This document shows positions 1 to 10,735 of a stretch of 64,000 bases of DNA, piece after piece; positions within the stretch are counted from its first letter, which is position 1, and each line of letters opens with the position of its first letter. The position numbers and the translations under genes were made by a program. Under the pieces are notes generated by a model that made no database searches, was not told the DNA's origin, and saw only the letters and a list, made by a program, of their open reading frames with translations. Source of the stretch: a virus; the IMG/VR virus record IMGVR_UViG_3300042691_033066, positions 10,077 to 74,076 of that record, one strand, 5' to 3'.

Positions 1-867
1 ATAAATGTCGCCAACAGACCAACCGACTACGCACCAGCAGAACAGAATTTATATGCACAAGTCTTATCAAGTATAACAATATTAAATGAAGAACCTGCTC
101 GTGGCGGCGGTGGCATACAGACAATTGAAGAAATACGTCAGAACGCACTGGCATTCTTTAACGCTCAAAATCGTGTGGTTACCGATAAAGATTATATTGT
201 ACGTTCGTTGGCAATGCCGGCACAATTTGGACAAGTTGCAAAGGTATTTGTTGTCCGAGACGAACAGATTAATTCAATAGGACTGCAAGGAACCGGGTCG
301 TTGGTTTTGAACAATGATGCAAATCCATTCAACGATAGATCATATGTAATTGATCCCGTGGCACCAAATTCTATAAATTTATATGTACTAGGATATGATG
401 ATCAAAAACGGTTAAGTCCGTTGAACATGTCAGTGAAGAAAAATTTAGCAAAATACTTAGAACAATTTAGAATATTAACCGACGATGTTAATATTTTGGA
501 TGCATTTGTTGTTAACGTCGGCGTAGAGTTTCATGTAGTTGTATATAGAAACTATAACATGAACGATGTCGTTGCTCGTTGTATTGATGCAATAAAAGAT
601 TTTTTTGATATTGACAAATGGCAAATTAACCAACCAATCATTTTGAATGATCTACGACTGACCATAGGTTCGGTGGAAGGCGTACAAACTGTTACGCATG
701 TCACAATAACAAATAAGTATAGATTTAAAGATGGTCGTGACTATTATGAATATAGATATCCAATTGATGAAGCAACTGCTGACGATATAATTTATCCTTC
801 GCTTGATCCATGTATATTTGAAATTAGATATCCTGAAACTGATATCGTTGGATTTGCTCGTCAATAA
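1..867 (+). CDS. Baseplate wedge subunit, T4 gp6-like (5'-truncated by the window edge)
   Basis: Frame 1 is open from base 1 and reads ...GGGGIQTIEEIRQNALAFFNAQNRVVTDKDY..., the gp6/baseplate-J QNRxVTxxDY motif. The track start at 175 is internal. Confidence 0.8.
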   Translation: MNVANRPTDYAPAEQNLYAQVLSSITILNEEPARGGGGIQTIEEIRQNALAFFNAQNRVVTDKDYIVRSLAMPAQFGQVAKVFVVRDEQINSIGLQGTGSLVLNNDANPFNDRSYVIDPVAPNSINLYVLGYDDQKRLSPLNMSVKKNLAKYLEQFRILTDDVNILDAFVVNVGVEFHVVVYRNYNMNDVVARCIDAIKDFFDIDKWQINQPIILNDLRLTIGSVEGVQTVTHVTITNKYRFKDGRDYYEYRYPIDEATADDIIYPSLDPCIFEIRYPETDIVGFARQ

Positions 868-880
868 ATGAGATGATACT

Positions 881-1921
881 ATGAGAACTTTTATAAAACC
901 CACGCAAGACGCAACTCTATACGAACGATACCCTAGTCTTAATTCTGGACTTGATGAAATTATTGAAATAGGTAAGGTTATAAAGACAGGTGATGGTTCA
1001 GCTATGTACGCAACGGCATCTACCAGAATCGTACTAGATTTCGACATCCCGTCCAGTCAACAATATCATCCAAGTGCTTCTTACTATCTAAATTTACGTA
1101 TAGCAAACGCAAATAACGTAAACAGGTATCAGAAGTTAGAAGTATATCCAGTATCACGGAGTTGGACAGAGGGAAGTGGATATAGTTATCAAGATGTTAT
1201 AAATAATCAAGATGGTGTTTCTTGGGAGTCCGCAAGTAATGCCACTCCTTGGGTAGAATTGGGAGGTGACATCGTAACATCCATATCGGCTTCATATACA
1301 TTTACAAAAGTTCCGCTTGACGATGTAAAGATAGATGTTACTAGTTTAATAAGACCTGTGGTAAATAATACAAATTGGTATGAATGGAATGGACTCCTAA
1401 TAAAATTACCAGATCTTGATGAAATTGATGCTAATAACGTTGGAAATGTAAAATTTTTTTCTGTAAATACTTCAACAATATTTAGTCCAACACTTGAAAT
1501 TGTATGGAACAACCAAACGTTTGTAACGGGTTCATTGAAAAGAATTACAAACGGTAATGTTTCAATCATCCCAAAAAATTTAAAAGAATCGTATACCACG
1601 GGCGAAATTGATAAAGTATATTTGGTAGTAAGAGATCCATTTCCCGACAAACGATTTGACGCAGTTCAACGTTATAGAACAGTGTATTATCTACCATCGG
1701 AATCATATTTTAGAATACGAGATGCAGTTTCAAATGTGACCATACACGACTTTGATCAATACTCTAGTATAAATTGTGATTCATCTGGTTCATATTTTAT
1801 TTTAGATACTACGGGATTGGAAATTAATCGCTACTACTCCTTAGATTTAAAAGTTAAGTCAGACAGTCTGGTATTTTATCCAGAATTTAATTATACGTTC
1901 AAGGTAGATACTGATGTCTAA
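881..1921 (+). CDS. Putative virion/baseplate protein (DNRLRE-like beta-sandwich N-terminus)
   Basis: 346 aa. DATLYE...NSG..E start, LEVYPVSRSWTEG and PTLEIVW segments; baseplate context. Confidence 0.5.
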   Translation: MRTFIKPTQDATLYERYPSLNSGLDEIIEIGKVIKTGDGSAMYATASTRIVLDFDIPSSQQYHPSASYYLNLRIANANNVNRYQKLEVYPVSRSWTEGSGYSYQDVINNQDGVSWESASNATPWVELGGDIVTSISASYTFTKVPLDDVKIDVTSLIRPVVNNTNWYEWNGLLIKLPDLDEIDANNVGNVKFFSVNTSTIFSPTLEIVWNNQTFVTGSLKRITNGNVSIIPKNLKESYTTGEIDKVYLVVRDPFPDKRFDAVQRYRTVYYLPSESYFRIRDAVSNVTIHDFDQYSSINCDSSGSYFILDTTGLEINRYYSLDLKVKSDSLVFYPEFNYTFKVDTDV

Positions 1922-2330
1922 TATATTAAATTCATACATTTCAAAATTTTTAGTAAATCTAAAAAAGGAAAACGATGATGTTGTTAAGGTAACAACAAAA
2001 TATTTTTCTCCTCAAGGAGATGTGTATGAATTAGATAAACGAACTATTTCTCCCAATTTAATTCAAACTACACAATCTCTTCAAGAGTTAAATCCCGAAA
2101 TTTCTGATGTATATCCATTCAAAACAGTAACGCCATTGGACTACGACGGATCTACGTTGGTATTCGTACCCGCTACGGACACGATACCAACTGCATCACA
2201 GGGATACTACGCACCTATTTATTTTGAGAGATATAATTCAGAAATTATTGCAAACATAGATACTCAATTTCTTGAGTTAGAACCCGCTACGTTAAGTGCT
2301 ACAGAAATAACGACCGTGAATTTTAGTTAA
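1914..2330 (+). CDS. Hypothetical protein, baseplate cluster
   Basis: 138-aa ORF overlapping the upstream stop, same strand. Confidence 0.55.
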   Translation: MSNILNSYISKFLVNLKKENDDVVKVTTKYFSPQGDVYELDKRTISPNLIQTTQSLQELNPEISDVYPFKTVTPLDYDGSTLVFVPATDTIPTASQGYYAPIYFERYNSEIIANIDTQFLELEPATLSATEITTVNFS

Positions 2331-2333
2331 TAT

Positions 2334-3194
2334 ATGCCAAATCAAAATAATTTTAGAAGTAACGTAACAACAACTGAAGACATACGATATACCGCATCTA
2401 GAATAGTACAAATTCCAGAAGAATCAATTTTTTTGGAAGAAATTGCTTCTAGTTTTGGATACGACGGTGAGGATAACGTAGAAATACATTTCTATACAAT
2501 TCCCGGTAATCAAATAATATTGAGTACCGTGGTAAAAATAAACGAGGATATTCTAAAAGCTCACATAGTCAGTTATTCTGATGACACTTACAAAAATTAT
2601 TTACGGGTAGACCTAACTAAGTTATTCGTAGATAAAAATCTAGTATTGATTCCTGGTCAGTACAAAATGGTGATGAATTTCTTCTCAGACGAAATTGGTG
2701 GCTATACAGATCGTCGTTTGACTATTGAAACCATATCTCCTTCACGAACAGAAGTGGAACTAGTGTTTAATAACACGGTTGATGACATAGTTAGGAATGA
2801 AAATGAGTATTTTTTGAAAGAATTTGTAGATCCTTCGGTTACCAAGACTGATGCGGTTGGTGTGGCGGAGAAAATATTTTTTTCTGGCGTAGCGTTAGAC
2901 AACGCAGACGAAGGAATGACGGCAAATGTAGTCGTTGGTAATATAGAAGTAAATGATATTCAAGTAACCGATGATACGATTGGTCGGGTGGACAGATTGA
3001 ACCTACGTAATGTTTTTGATGCACAACTTGATGATTTCTTACAAGATTTGTTCAAATTTATACGTGAAGAAATAGTTATTAATGGTGACGATAGAATTCA
3101 ACAACAGCAATATCAAGATATTATACGAAAGGTTGTTGAAGAAAAAATCGTTAACATGCGGCAAACGATGGATTCCCGTATAAAGATAAGTTAA
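2334..3194 (+). CDS. Hypothetical virion protein, baseplate cluster
   Basis: 286-aa ORF, tightly packed; ISPSRTEVEL segment. Confidence 0.55.
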   Translation: MPNQNNFRSNVTTTEDIRYTASRIVQIPEESIFLEEIASSFGYDGEDNVEIHFYTIPGNQIILSTVVKINEDILKAHIVSYSDDTYKNYLRVDLTKLFVDKNLVLIPGQYKMVMNFFSDEIGGYTDRRLTIETISPSRTEVELVFNNTVDDIVRNENEYFLKEFVDPSVTKTDAVGVAEKIFFSGVALDNADEGMTANVVVGNIEVNDIQVTDDTIGRVDRLNLRNVFDAQLDDFLQDLFKFIREEIVINGDDRIQQQQYQDIIRKVVEEKIVNMRQTMDSRIKIS

Positions 3195-3214
3195 ATTATA
3201 ATGGATTTTAATAT

Positions 3215-5482
3215 ATGACATCTCCTTTTAGGTTTGGTGACGAATTTGGTGACGAATTTACGCAGTTCATACCGGATGATGGTAATTCTGGTGTAGATTC
3301 GGGCAACACTGGTCAAGCAGGCGGCGGAACAATTACAAATACTGGCGGTAATACCACGACAGGTGGTGGTATAACCACTACCACTGATGGCGGCGGTAAT
3401 AATAACTGTGGTAACCAAGACGACTTTTTGGGATGTGTTGATAATAACGGAACTGCCAGATATTCAACGGGAACTGCTAATAATTTTGGAGAATGTGGTA
3501 CTTACCAAGCCTACGATTTACAATGTTTAACAACACCGCCACCGTCCACACCAACAAGCAATTGTCCAGAATATGGATCATTTTTACAATGTAGTAGTGT
3601 TAATGGATTGGGGATATACGCAGGTGGAGATGCGGGACCTGGAAAACCCTGCTACACGTTTACTGCTCCTGCAGATGAATGTAAAACACAAATAGAGTGT
3701 CCTCCTGTTGGAGAATTCATCCGTTGCACGGGTCAGCAAACGTCAATTGGAGGAATTGCAGAGTTTTCTAACGGTATACAAAATGGACAGTGCTCAAGTT
3801 TCACTAGAGTTGATGAGCAATGTGGACCAACGGATCCGCCCCCGCCGCCATCATCCCCTCCACCCCCACCACCGTCAGCAGAAGCATGTCCGCCATATCA
3901 AGAATTTTTGGGGTGTAATGGATCTACGGGTACTTTTGCATTTGGTTCAAGAAATCAATTTGGTGAATGTGAAACGTATTCCATACCATATGCAGTTCAG
4001 TGCTACAATCCACCTGTATCGCCTGAGGCATGTCCTCCAGCGGGACAGTTTATACAATGTAATGGTACCACTGGAGTTTATCACGCAGGAAGTAGAGACG
4101 CCACCGGACAATGTGGTACGTATACGACACCATATGATATAATTGGCGGTTGTGCAGGGGGAGATCCACCAAGCTGTCCAGCAGAAGGTACATTTAAACG
4201 GTGCGTAGGTACTACCGGTTATTATGAATCTGGTGTAAGCAATGCACAAGGTCAATGTACAGAATACTCACAAGCATATGATGCACAGTGCTATGATCCG
4301 CCTCCACCTGATCCAAGTCCATCACGAACACCTGCGCCAAGTAGTCCTGCATGTAGTCCATACGGAACATTTATAACATGTACTGCAAATGGAACGGGTA
4401 TCTATTCAGAAGGTGTTAAAGATGCATCTGGGGAATGTAAAACATACCAAGTGTCATTTGACGCTCAATGTACAACGTGTCCACAGAACGGTACATTTAT
4501 ACAGTGTGAACAAAGTACGGGTATATACTATACTGGCGTAAAAAATTCGGACGGAACGTGTGCAACAAGACCAAATCCAAACGACAGTAATTGCGTTGTA
4601 CAATGTCCACCAGCAAATGAATTTATTCAATGTGTTGGCAGTGATGCTGTGTATCATACCGGGACATATAATTATAATTTACAACGTTGTGATACAAGAA
4701 CAGTACCAAACGATTCACAGTGTTATAATCCACCGTCGCCATCAAGCACTCCTGCACCAACACCACCACCATCACCACCACCACAGGAAGATTACTGTCC
4801 TCCGTATGGAACATTTGATGGGTGCGCAGGTGACATTGGAATTTATTACCAAGGAACACGTGTTGGTGGTATATGTGAAAAATATCAAATATTTAATGAT
4901 GAACGGTGCTATCAACCACCGCCGTCGCCTTCAAACACACCGGTTCCAATATTCCCAACCCCGTCAAACACACCGGTTCCGATACCCCCAACCCCGTCAA
5001 ACACACCGGCGCCACCGCCATCAAATACTCCTCGACCAACCCCATCTAATACACCATTCCCAACTCCTTCGCCATCGCCTGTCCGATGGAGAGATTGCGT
5101 TGATGGAATTTTAAAGGACGGAAATGCTCCTGCGGCATATAGAGAAGTTAATTATTCTGGTGCAGGCGGGGGAATGTGTTGGGAACCAACGGGAAATGTT
5201 GGATTTTCTCCAAGTTTAAGTGAAGTATTGATGTTCACGTATCAACGAGGATCCAGTGAATTACCACAAGCAAAGAAAATAACGGCAACCAATCCTTCAT
5301 ACGGAAGATCATATTCTGTAACGATAACAACTAATTCTGACATAATTATTACGCCAAGTGCATTTACTATAGCACCACGAAAAAGTGTAGAATTTTCTGT
5401 AAAAGTTACTCCGCAATTATTAGAACAATTAGGTGATGGTAGTTCTACGTTACAAATGTCATTTGATATCATGGAATTGTAA
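3215..5482 (+). CDS. Cys-rich repeat / Pro-rich linker protein, putative virion surface protein
   Basis: 755 aa with ten ~40-aa four-Cys repeats, PTPSNTP linkers and a beta-rich C-terminal domain. Confidence 0.7.
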   Translation: MTSPFRFGDEFGDEFTQFIPDDGNSGVDSGNTGQAGGGTITNTGGNTTTGGGITTTTDGGGNNNCGNQDDFLGCVDNNGTARYSTGTANNFGECGTYQAYDLQCLTTPPPSTPTSNCPEYGSFLQCSSVNGLGIYAGGDAGPGKPCYTFTAPADECKTQIECPPVGEFIRCTGQQTSIGGIAEFSNGIQNGQCSSFTRVDEQCGPTDPPPPPSSPPPPPPSAEACPPYQEFLGCNGSTGTFAFGSRNQFGECETYSIPYAVQCYNPPVSPEACPPAGQFIQCNGTTGVYHAGSRDATGQCGTYTTPYDIIGGCAGGDPPSCPAEGTFKRCVGTTGYYESGVSNAQGQCTEYSQAYDAQCYDPPPPDPSPSRTPAPSSPACSPYGTFITCTANGTGIYSEGVKDASGECKTYQVSFDAQCTTCPQNGTFIQCEQSTGIYYTGVKNSDGTCATRPNPNDSNCVVQCPPANEFIQCVGSDAVYHTGTYNYNLQRCDTRTVPNDSQCYNPPSPSSTPAPTPPPSPPPQEDYCPPYGTFDGCAGDIGIYYQGTRVGGICEKYQIFNDERCYQPPPSPSNTPVPIFPTPSNTPVPIPPTPSNTPAPPPSNTPRPTPSNTPFPTPSPSPVRWRDCVDGILKDGNAPAAYREVNYSGAGGGMCWEPTGNVGFSPSLSEVLMFTYQRGSSELPQAKKITATNPSYGRSYSVTITTNSDIIITPSAFTIAPRKSVEFSVKVTPQLLEQLGDGSSTLQMSFDIMEL
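4931..5060 (+). repeat. Coding tandem repeat, 33-nt period (PSNTPVPI.PT)
   Basis: tcaaacacaccgg recurs at 4931, 4964 and 4997, followed by degenerate copies. Confidence 0.85.
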
Positions 5483-5484
5483 TT

Positions 5485-5979
5485 ATGGGAATCATAAATT
5501 ACACAAAAGGAAATGTTCCTTACTTAATTAGTTATGAGCCATATACGTTAGACAGTACAAACGTGGCATGTGATCTTATCACTGATATGATATCATTTGA
5601 TTTGCGCACACGACCAGTCCCAACTACTGTAAATTATTTTGTTGGGGCCAGATCTTCATATGTTACGACATTGGCAATAAAAAATATTACGTTAAACGCA
5701 AAGTTGAATGTAATTGTTGAATTTGACAACCAAATTTTTATTTTGGATAAAGAACAATCTACAAACAAACTCACTGTAGATCTTTCGCCAGGACAGACAA
5801 AAGAATATGGGATAGAACTAAACAAATCTAGATTAGATTCACGAGTTGATCCTGTTGGATTTTTAAATAATATAACATTGACGATAAAAAATTATGCAAA
5901 TGGTTCCATGATAATAAAATCAGTTACCACAAATCTTCTGGCAGAAAAGTTTTTACCAGACACAATAAACGTAGAATAA
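5485..5979 (+). CDS. Hypothetical beta-sandwich protein
   Basis: 164 aa with alternating hydrophobic strands and an LSPGQTKEY turn typical of Ig-like folds. Confidence 0.5.
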   Translation: MGIINYTKGNVPYLISYEPYTLDSTNVACDLITDMISFDLRTRPVPTTVNYFVGARSSYVTTLAIKNITLNAKLNVIVEFDNQIFILDKEQSTNKLTVDLSPGQTKEYGIELNKSRLDSRVDPVGFLNNITLTIKNYANGSMIIKSVTTNLLAEKFLPDTINVE

Positions 5980-5980
5980 A

Positions 5981-8900
5981 ATGTATAAATTTTCAGTTCC
6001 AGTCATTGTACAAATTATACCCAAAAGAGAACCTGCCAGATTAACTTCAACTGTGCGGGTAAATATCTTTCCTGCTGCAACAACTGAGCAAACTGTTAAA
6101 ATAAATTATCCATTCAATATAACTCCAAAGCCTGTTGAGATAATTTTATCTGAACCGATAATAGCAACAGCATATCAATATTTACAAAATATATTTAATA
6201 CTTACGTAGATGAAGATAGAACGTTAAAAACGTTATTAAACTACGGTGAGGACAGACAATCCGTTATATTAGCAAAACGATATGGTAATATGGATATTAA
6301 TGGGTTGGGTAGAATCCAATTAAAACTTCTACAACCAGTACCCGACGACATTAGTACAACCTCTACGGTATTCTTGAGTAGAGAAGTAGCAAAAACACTA
6401 ATTGACACCGTAAGAATTAGATTTGCGCCTCAACTGGATAAAACCCCGTACCTCAGACCAAAAAATACTAAAGTAGACACAGGACTATCTACGGGTAAGT
6501 ATTTACCAAATGTCACGTTACAAAGATTGCAATTGAGTTCTGGTTCAACTGGTTTGGTGGACGAGTTTAAAAATAAAACGTTTGAAGATGAAATTTTTAG
6601 AAAGTGGTATTCATACGATTTCAATTCCACTGAACTCAATTTAGATTTTTCTGATTACGACAACTTCGTGTTTTATGGCTCTGCTACCATGAGACTGGAA
6701 GCATTTAAAGAAAAAATATCAAGAATAAATCGCATAGAACAAAATAGAATTCAATTTTTGTCCTCATCAACCTACACAGTAACTACGAGTTCTGCGGGAG
6801 CAGTATTTGTACAGGAAAAAAGTGCGCAGTATGCAAAAGAAAAAGAAGAGGTAATTAGAGGATTTGACCGATACGAACAATATTTGTATTTTACACCATC
6901 TGGTTCGGACAGTCCTTACTCGGCGTCGGCATATTACGCTGATACTGGAACCGAGTATAATTCTATTGGATACTGGCCTAAAAATGAATCGGGGAGTTTA
7001 TACTTAATAACCAACCCTATTACAGAAGAATGGTTTACTACGCAACTTGAAATAGCACAACGGTTTGATGAGTTTAATGAAAATAACCTAGTAAATACCG
7101 TCCCAACTCACGTAAGAGAAGACGATAACAACGCAGCGTATATTACGTTTGTGTCAATGATTGGGCATTTCTTTGATAACATCAGACCATACATTGATCA
7201 ATTTACTCAAATTTATAGTAGAAATTTAAATCCAAATGAACAACTTTCAAAGGATTTAATCAATGAAATTGCCGAATCAATCGGGTTTAGATTACCAACA
7301 CTAAATTCAATCTATAATTTAACAGATAATATATTGGGTACGGTGGATGTCGAACCAAGACGGGATCTGACCGCAGAAATTTATAAACGTTTGTTACATA
7401 ACGTACCATTTTATGCAAAAGCTAAGGGTACTAAAACTGCATTAGACGCATTCATTAGAACGTTTGGAATCACACCACAACTGATTTCTGTACGAGAAAC
7501 GGGAACTCCTACTAAAAATTCCTATTATACATTTGATGAATATTCCACTGGATTGGATTTTGATGAAACAAAAAATTCATATGTGAGATTGCCAATATCA
7601 ACATCGTTGCGTAACCCCACTACGTTACAATTTAACATGTCTGCGGCAAAAAATAAGACAATGACAGTGTTAACTGGAGACGATAAGTGGGCATTGAACG
7701 TTGTTGTACATCCATCATCATCTGATTTGGGAAGATTTGAAATTACCTCTGGTAGTAGTAATACACGAATATTGTCTAGTAGTTATTATGAAATTTACAA
7801 CGATGAATTAATAAACGTTGCAATTCAAAATTATACTACGGGTACGTCTTCTCTATATGTTACGCAGACAGAAGGTGAAGATATTATATTTACAGATGCC
7901 GCAACGGAAACTACATATTTTAACGATATGTGGAAGGACACGCAATATGTCTATGTCGGTGGAGCAGGTCCACGAGTGGTGTCTGGTTATGAAGGCACGG
8001 TGGACGATTTACGTTTGTGGAAAACAATTCTTTCCGAAGAAACGTTATTGAATTCCGCATTTGATCCTGGTTCAAATGCAGGTGACACATACGATGCCGC
8101 CTCAGACGAGTTGTTGGTAGTCTTAAACTTTAACAAAATAAATACTGGTTCCGTAGAAGCGTCTTCTTCTATAACAAACCAAAGTCCATACAAAAATATA
8201 TCGGTATCTCCGTCTCTTGAGGAACTGTTCATATTTAATGTGAGCGGATCTGATTTTAACAGATATACAAAGGCAATTCGCCAAGAAATGGCAATCGTTG
8301 GATCCACTGGGAAAGTTTCAAATAAAATTAAAATTGCTGCCGAACCAACGTTTATTAAACAATCGACGGGTGATAAACGACTATACAGAACGCAAAGTAT
8401 CGTATCCCCAGAAACTAAGAGATTGCAACGTGGTAGAAACAAAGTCATCGTTGGTGTATCTCCAACAGAAATCATCAATCAAAATATAATACGTAATTTT
8501 GGTTATGAAAATATAAATGCAATTCTTGGATCACCAACTACTCTATATACTACATTTGAAAAATCACTGGCAACACTAAAGAAACATTACCAGCAGTATT
8601 ATTATGTTGATGTGAACACCAATAGATTTGTCCGAATTATGTCGGAACTGTCTTCAGTATTGGATCAAGTGGTTGATTATTTTATTCCGTCAAAAGCTAC
8701 TTTGTTGAAGGGCATTTTGATAGAACCAAATATCTTGGAACAAGTAAAAATTCCGCCGGTTAAAAACATACGATTCTACGGAAAAGACACCAGAAAGACA
8801 TTAAATGCTCCTGGATCACTAACCAGCAGTAATTCCGATTATGGGGCAACCTTTAATGTTACAAAAACTATTGATGTCAAACCAACCATACCAATTGCAG

Positions 8901-10678
8901 AGTATCCGACGTATAAACAAATTAATAGAACTTATCTATCAAGTTCGTTTATTGCAAAAACTTCTACATACAACACTAAATTAGAATCAGTTCCAACGTT
9001 GAGTGGAAGTGAACATAAACTATTGGCCACTATAATCCCGGAAGTCATCGTCGGGGCGCAGATAGATCAATACGAGGTAGTCTCTCAGTATAAGGCATAC
9101 TTAACCCAGAGTATATATCCCACACCCACGGGAAACTATTCATACTATACGTCATCTCTAAACTTACAAGAACAAACGCCACCTCCATTAAACGCAGTAG
9201 TGGAATCAATTAATTCGGAACTTTTGAATCAAATTTCCACAAATGCAACGTATATGACGTATACTGCAAGTATGAGTATGCGCAACGAGATACTCACGGC
9301 GTCATATAACTTATATAATATACAACATGAAACTACAAATTATACTGGATCACGAAAAACACAACGTATCAACGTTGGTTTGGATAACTTAAATAAAATA
9401 CCTTATAACGATACTTCATATGGATCTCATGGCGCAGAACCATACAATAGATTATACAGTAGAAAACTATTCGGTACGGAAATAAACGCACCCAGAATTG
9501 GTGGAGAAACTAGTATTTACACTCCGGCACTGTATGACATACCGCCATCGGCAGATTTCAGAGAGTTTGGGGTTTATACATATTTCAATAATGAAAATGG
9601 TATATATTACTTTCCAGAAGTAATTAAATCACCTGCATATTCACGGCCACTAACTCAACAGTGGAATTTTACGGAACAGGCATTTGACAGTATAACAACA
9701 TGGTCATACGGAAGTTCCTATAATATTTATGATGTGGTATATCAGAATGTCACTCGTGATGATTTGACTACTTTAGGAAGCATTTCCTTCAAAGATGTAA
9801 ACGCTGGTAACAATAGATACTATGTATTTAAGAACAGACCGGCCTATAGACCAACGGAGGACGGAACAGCATTTTATTCTGGAAGTGTCCCAGCCTATCT
9901 TCCACCATCATTAGATAGAAATAATTGGGAATTGTTAAGATTTACTCCTGTACAAAAACGTGTACCAAAACGTGTGGTGTTTGATACGTTTACCGTAACA
10001 ACGCCAGAATTGAATAATTTTAAAACTACGACAATTTCAATAAATAGAATTATTGACCTTGTAGATCGGTATGTAGATCCTGTGGTAATACCACCAATAT
10101 CACCGAATTCTTATGTAACAGGTGAAATATCACTTCAAAACATGGCAGCTTTATTTGCTGTCCAAGCTAACACCAGTGACGTTAGAATAAGATTGTACAG
10201 AACTATTGGTGCCAGAGATGCCGATATTAATCGTAGTATTGAAGTTAGACCGGAAGATTCACACGGTGTGCTGTTGGATATGTCCGTTATTAATAGTAAT
10301 ATTTTACAAATAACAAATCCAATACCTACACTAGTTGCAGGAGGATCACCACCAGCAGGTAAAATATATTATACAATAAATAATAATACCTCTCTTTCTA
10401 AGTTGGGAATAACTTTACATTTATTCTACTTTGCACTTCAAATTGAACCAAGGGTACCAAGAGGATACCTCAGAAAGCATTACAGATTTTTCAGAGACAA
10501 TTCTACGGGTACCAAACGTAGAAACTATCTGGGTTGTAAAAATACGCAGGATACTACGATTGACGGTCTACCTGCAATCCAAGTATTCCTCAGTGAAGGA
10601 ACAGATATTGTTATTTCCCCAACCACTACAAACCAAGAAATTATTACGGGTGGCGGCGGACAGTTGAACGTAACGTAA
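5981..10678 (+). CDS. Large baseplate wedge protein (gp7/P2-gpI-like segment plus LamG-like domain)
   Basis: 1565 aa. YKRLLHNVPFYAKAKGTKTALDAFIRTFG is a wedge-type motif; YEGTVDDLRLWKTILSEE is a LamG C-terminal motif. Confidence 0.65.
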   Translation: MYKFSVPVIVQIIPKREPARLTSTVRVNIFPAATTEQTVKINYPFNITPKPVEIILSEPIIATAYQYLQNIFNTYVDEDRTLKTLLNYGEDRQSVILAKRYGNMDINGLGRIQLKLLQPVPDDISTTSTVFLSREVAKTLIDTVRIRFAPQLDKTPYLRPKNTKVDTGLSTGKYLPNVTLQRLQLSSGSTGLVDEFKNKTFEDEIFRKWYSYDFNSTELNLDFSDYDNFVFYGSATMRLEAFKEKISRINRIEQNRIQFLSSSTYTVTTSSAGAVFVQEKSAQYAKEKEEVIRGFDRYEQYLYFTPSGSDSPYSASAYYADTGTEYNSIGYWPKNESGSLYLITNPITEEWFTTQLEIAQRFDEFNENNLVNTVPTHVREDDNNAAYITFVSMIGHFFDNIRPYIDQFTQIYSRNLNPNEQLSKDLINEIAESIGFRLPTLNSIYNLTDNILGTVDVEPRRDLTAEIYKRLLHNVPFYAKAKGTKTALDAFIRTFGITPQLISVRETGTPTKNSYYTFDEYSTGLDFDETKNSYVRLPISTSLRNPTTLQFNMSAAKNKTMTVLTGDDKWALNVVVHPSSSDLGRFEITSGSSNTRILSSSYYEIYNDELINVAIQNYTTGTSSLYVTQTEGEDIIFTDAATETTYFNDMWKDTQYVYVGGAGPRVVSGYEGTVDDLRLWKTILSEETLLNSAFDPGSNAGDTYDAASDELLVVLNFNKINTGSVEASSSITNQSPYKNISVSPSLEELFIFNVSGSDFNRYTKAIRQEMAIVGSTGKVSNKIKIAAEPTFIKQSTGDKRLYRTQSIVSPETKRLQRGRNKVIVGVSPTEIINQNIIRNFGYENINAILGSPTTLYTTFEKSLATLKKHYQQYYYVDVNTNRFVRIMSELSSVLDQVVDYFIPSKATLLKGILIEPNILEQVKIPPVKNIRFYGKDTRKTLNAPGSLTSSNSDYGATFNVTKTIDVKPTIPIAEYPTYKQINRTYLSSSFIAKTSTYNTKLESVPTLSGSEHKLLATIIPEVIVGAQIDQYEVVSQYKAYLTQSIYPTPTGNYSYYTSSLNLQEQTPPPLNAVVESINSELLNQISTNATYMTYTASMSMRNEILTASYNLYNIQHETTNYTGSRKTQRINVGLDNLNKIPYNDTSYGSHGAEPYNRLYSRKLFGTEINAPRIGGETSIYTPALYDIPPSADFREFGVYTYFNNENGIYYFPEVIKSPAYSRPLTQQWNFTEQAFDSITTWSYGSSYNIYDVVYQNVTRDDLTTLGSISFKDVNAGNNRYYVFKNRPAYRPTEDGTAFYSGSVPAYLPPSLDRNNWELLRFTPVQKRVPKRVVFDTFTVTTPELNNFKTTTISINRIIDLVDRYVDPVVIPPISPNSYVTGEISLQNMAALFAVQANTSDVRIRLYRTIGARDADINRSIEVRPEDSHGVLLDMSVINSNILQITNPIPTLVAGGSPPAGKIYYTINNNTSLSKLGITLHLFYFALQIEPRVPRGYLRKHYRFFRDNSTGTKRRNYLGCKNTQDTTIDGLPAIQVFLSEGTDIVISPTTTNQEIITGGGGQLNVT

Positions 10679-10697
10679 TAAATCAGTACAAACTATA

Positions 10698-10705
10698 TAT
10701 TTATA
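10698..10705 (+). promoter_or_regulatory. Putative late promoter TATTTATA
   Basis: Recurrent motif, 30 nt before ATG 10736. Confidence 0.6.
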
Positions 10706-10735
10706 TCAGACCTCTTATATGTGGAGTTAAAAATT

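Noticed and set aside
4560-5114. Alternate-frame ORF with a poly-His run
   Set aside because: The His run is the shifted reading of cca/ccg proline codons in the Cys-rich gene.
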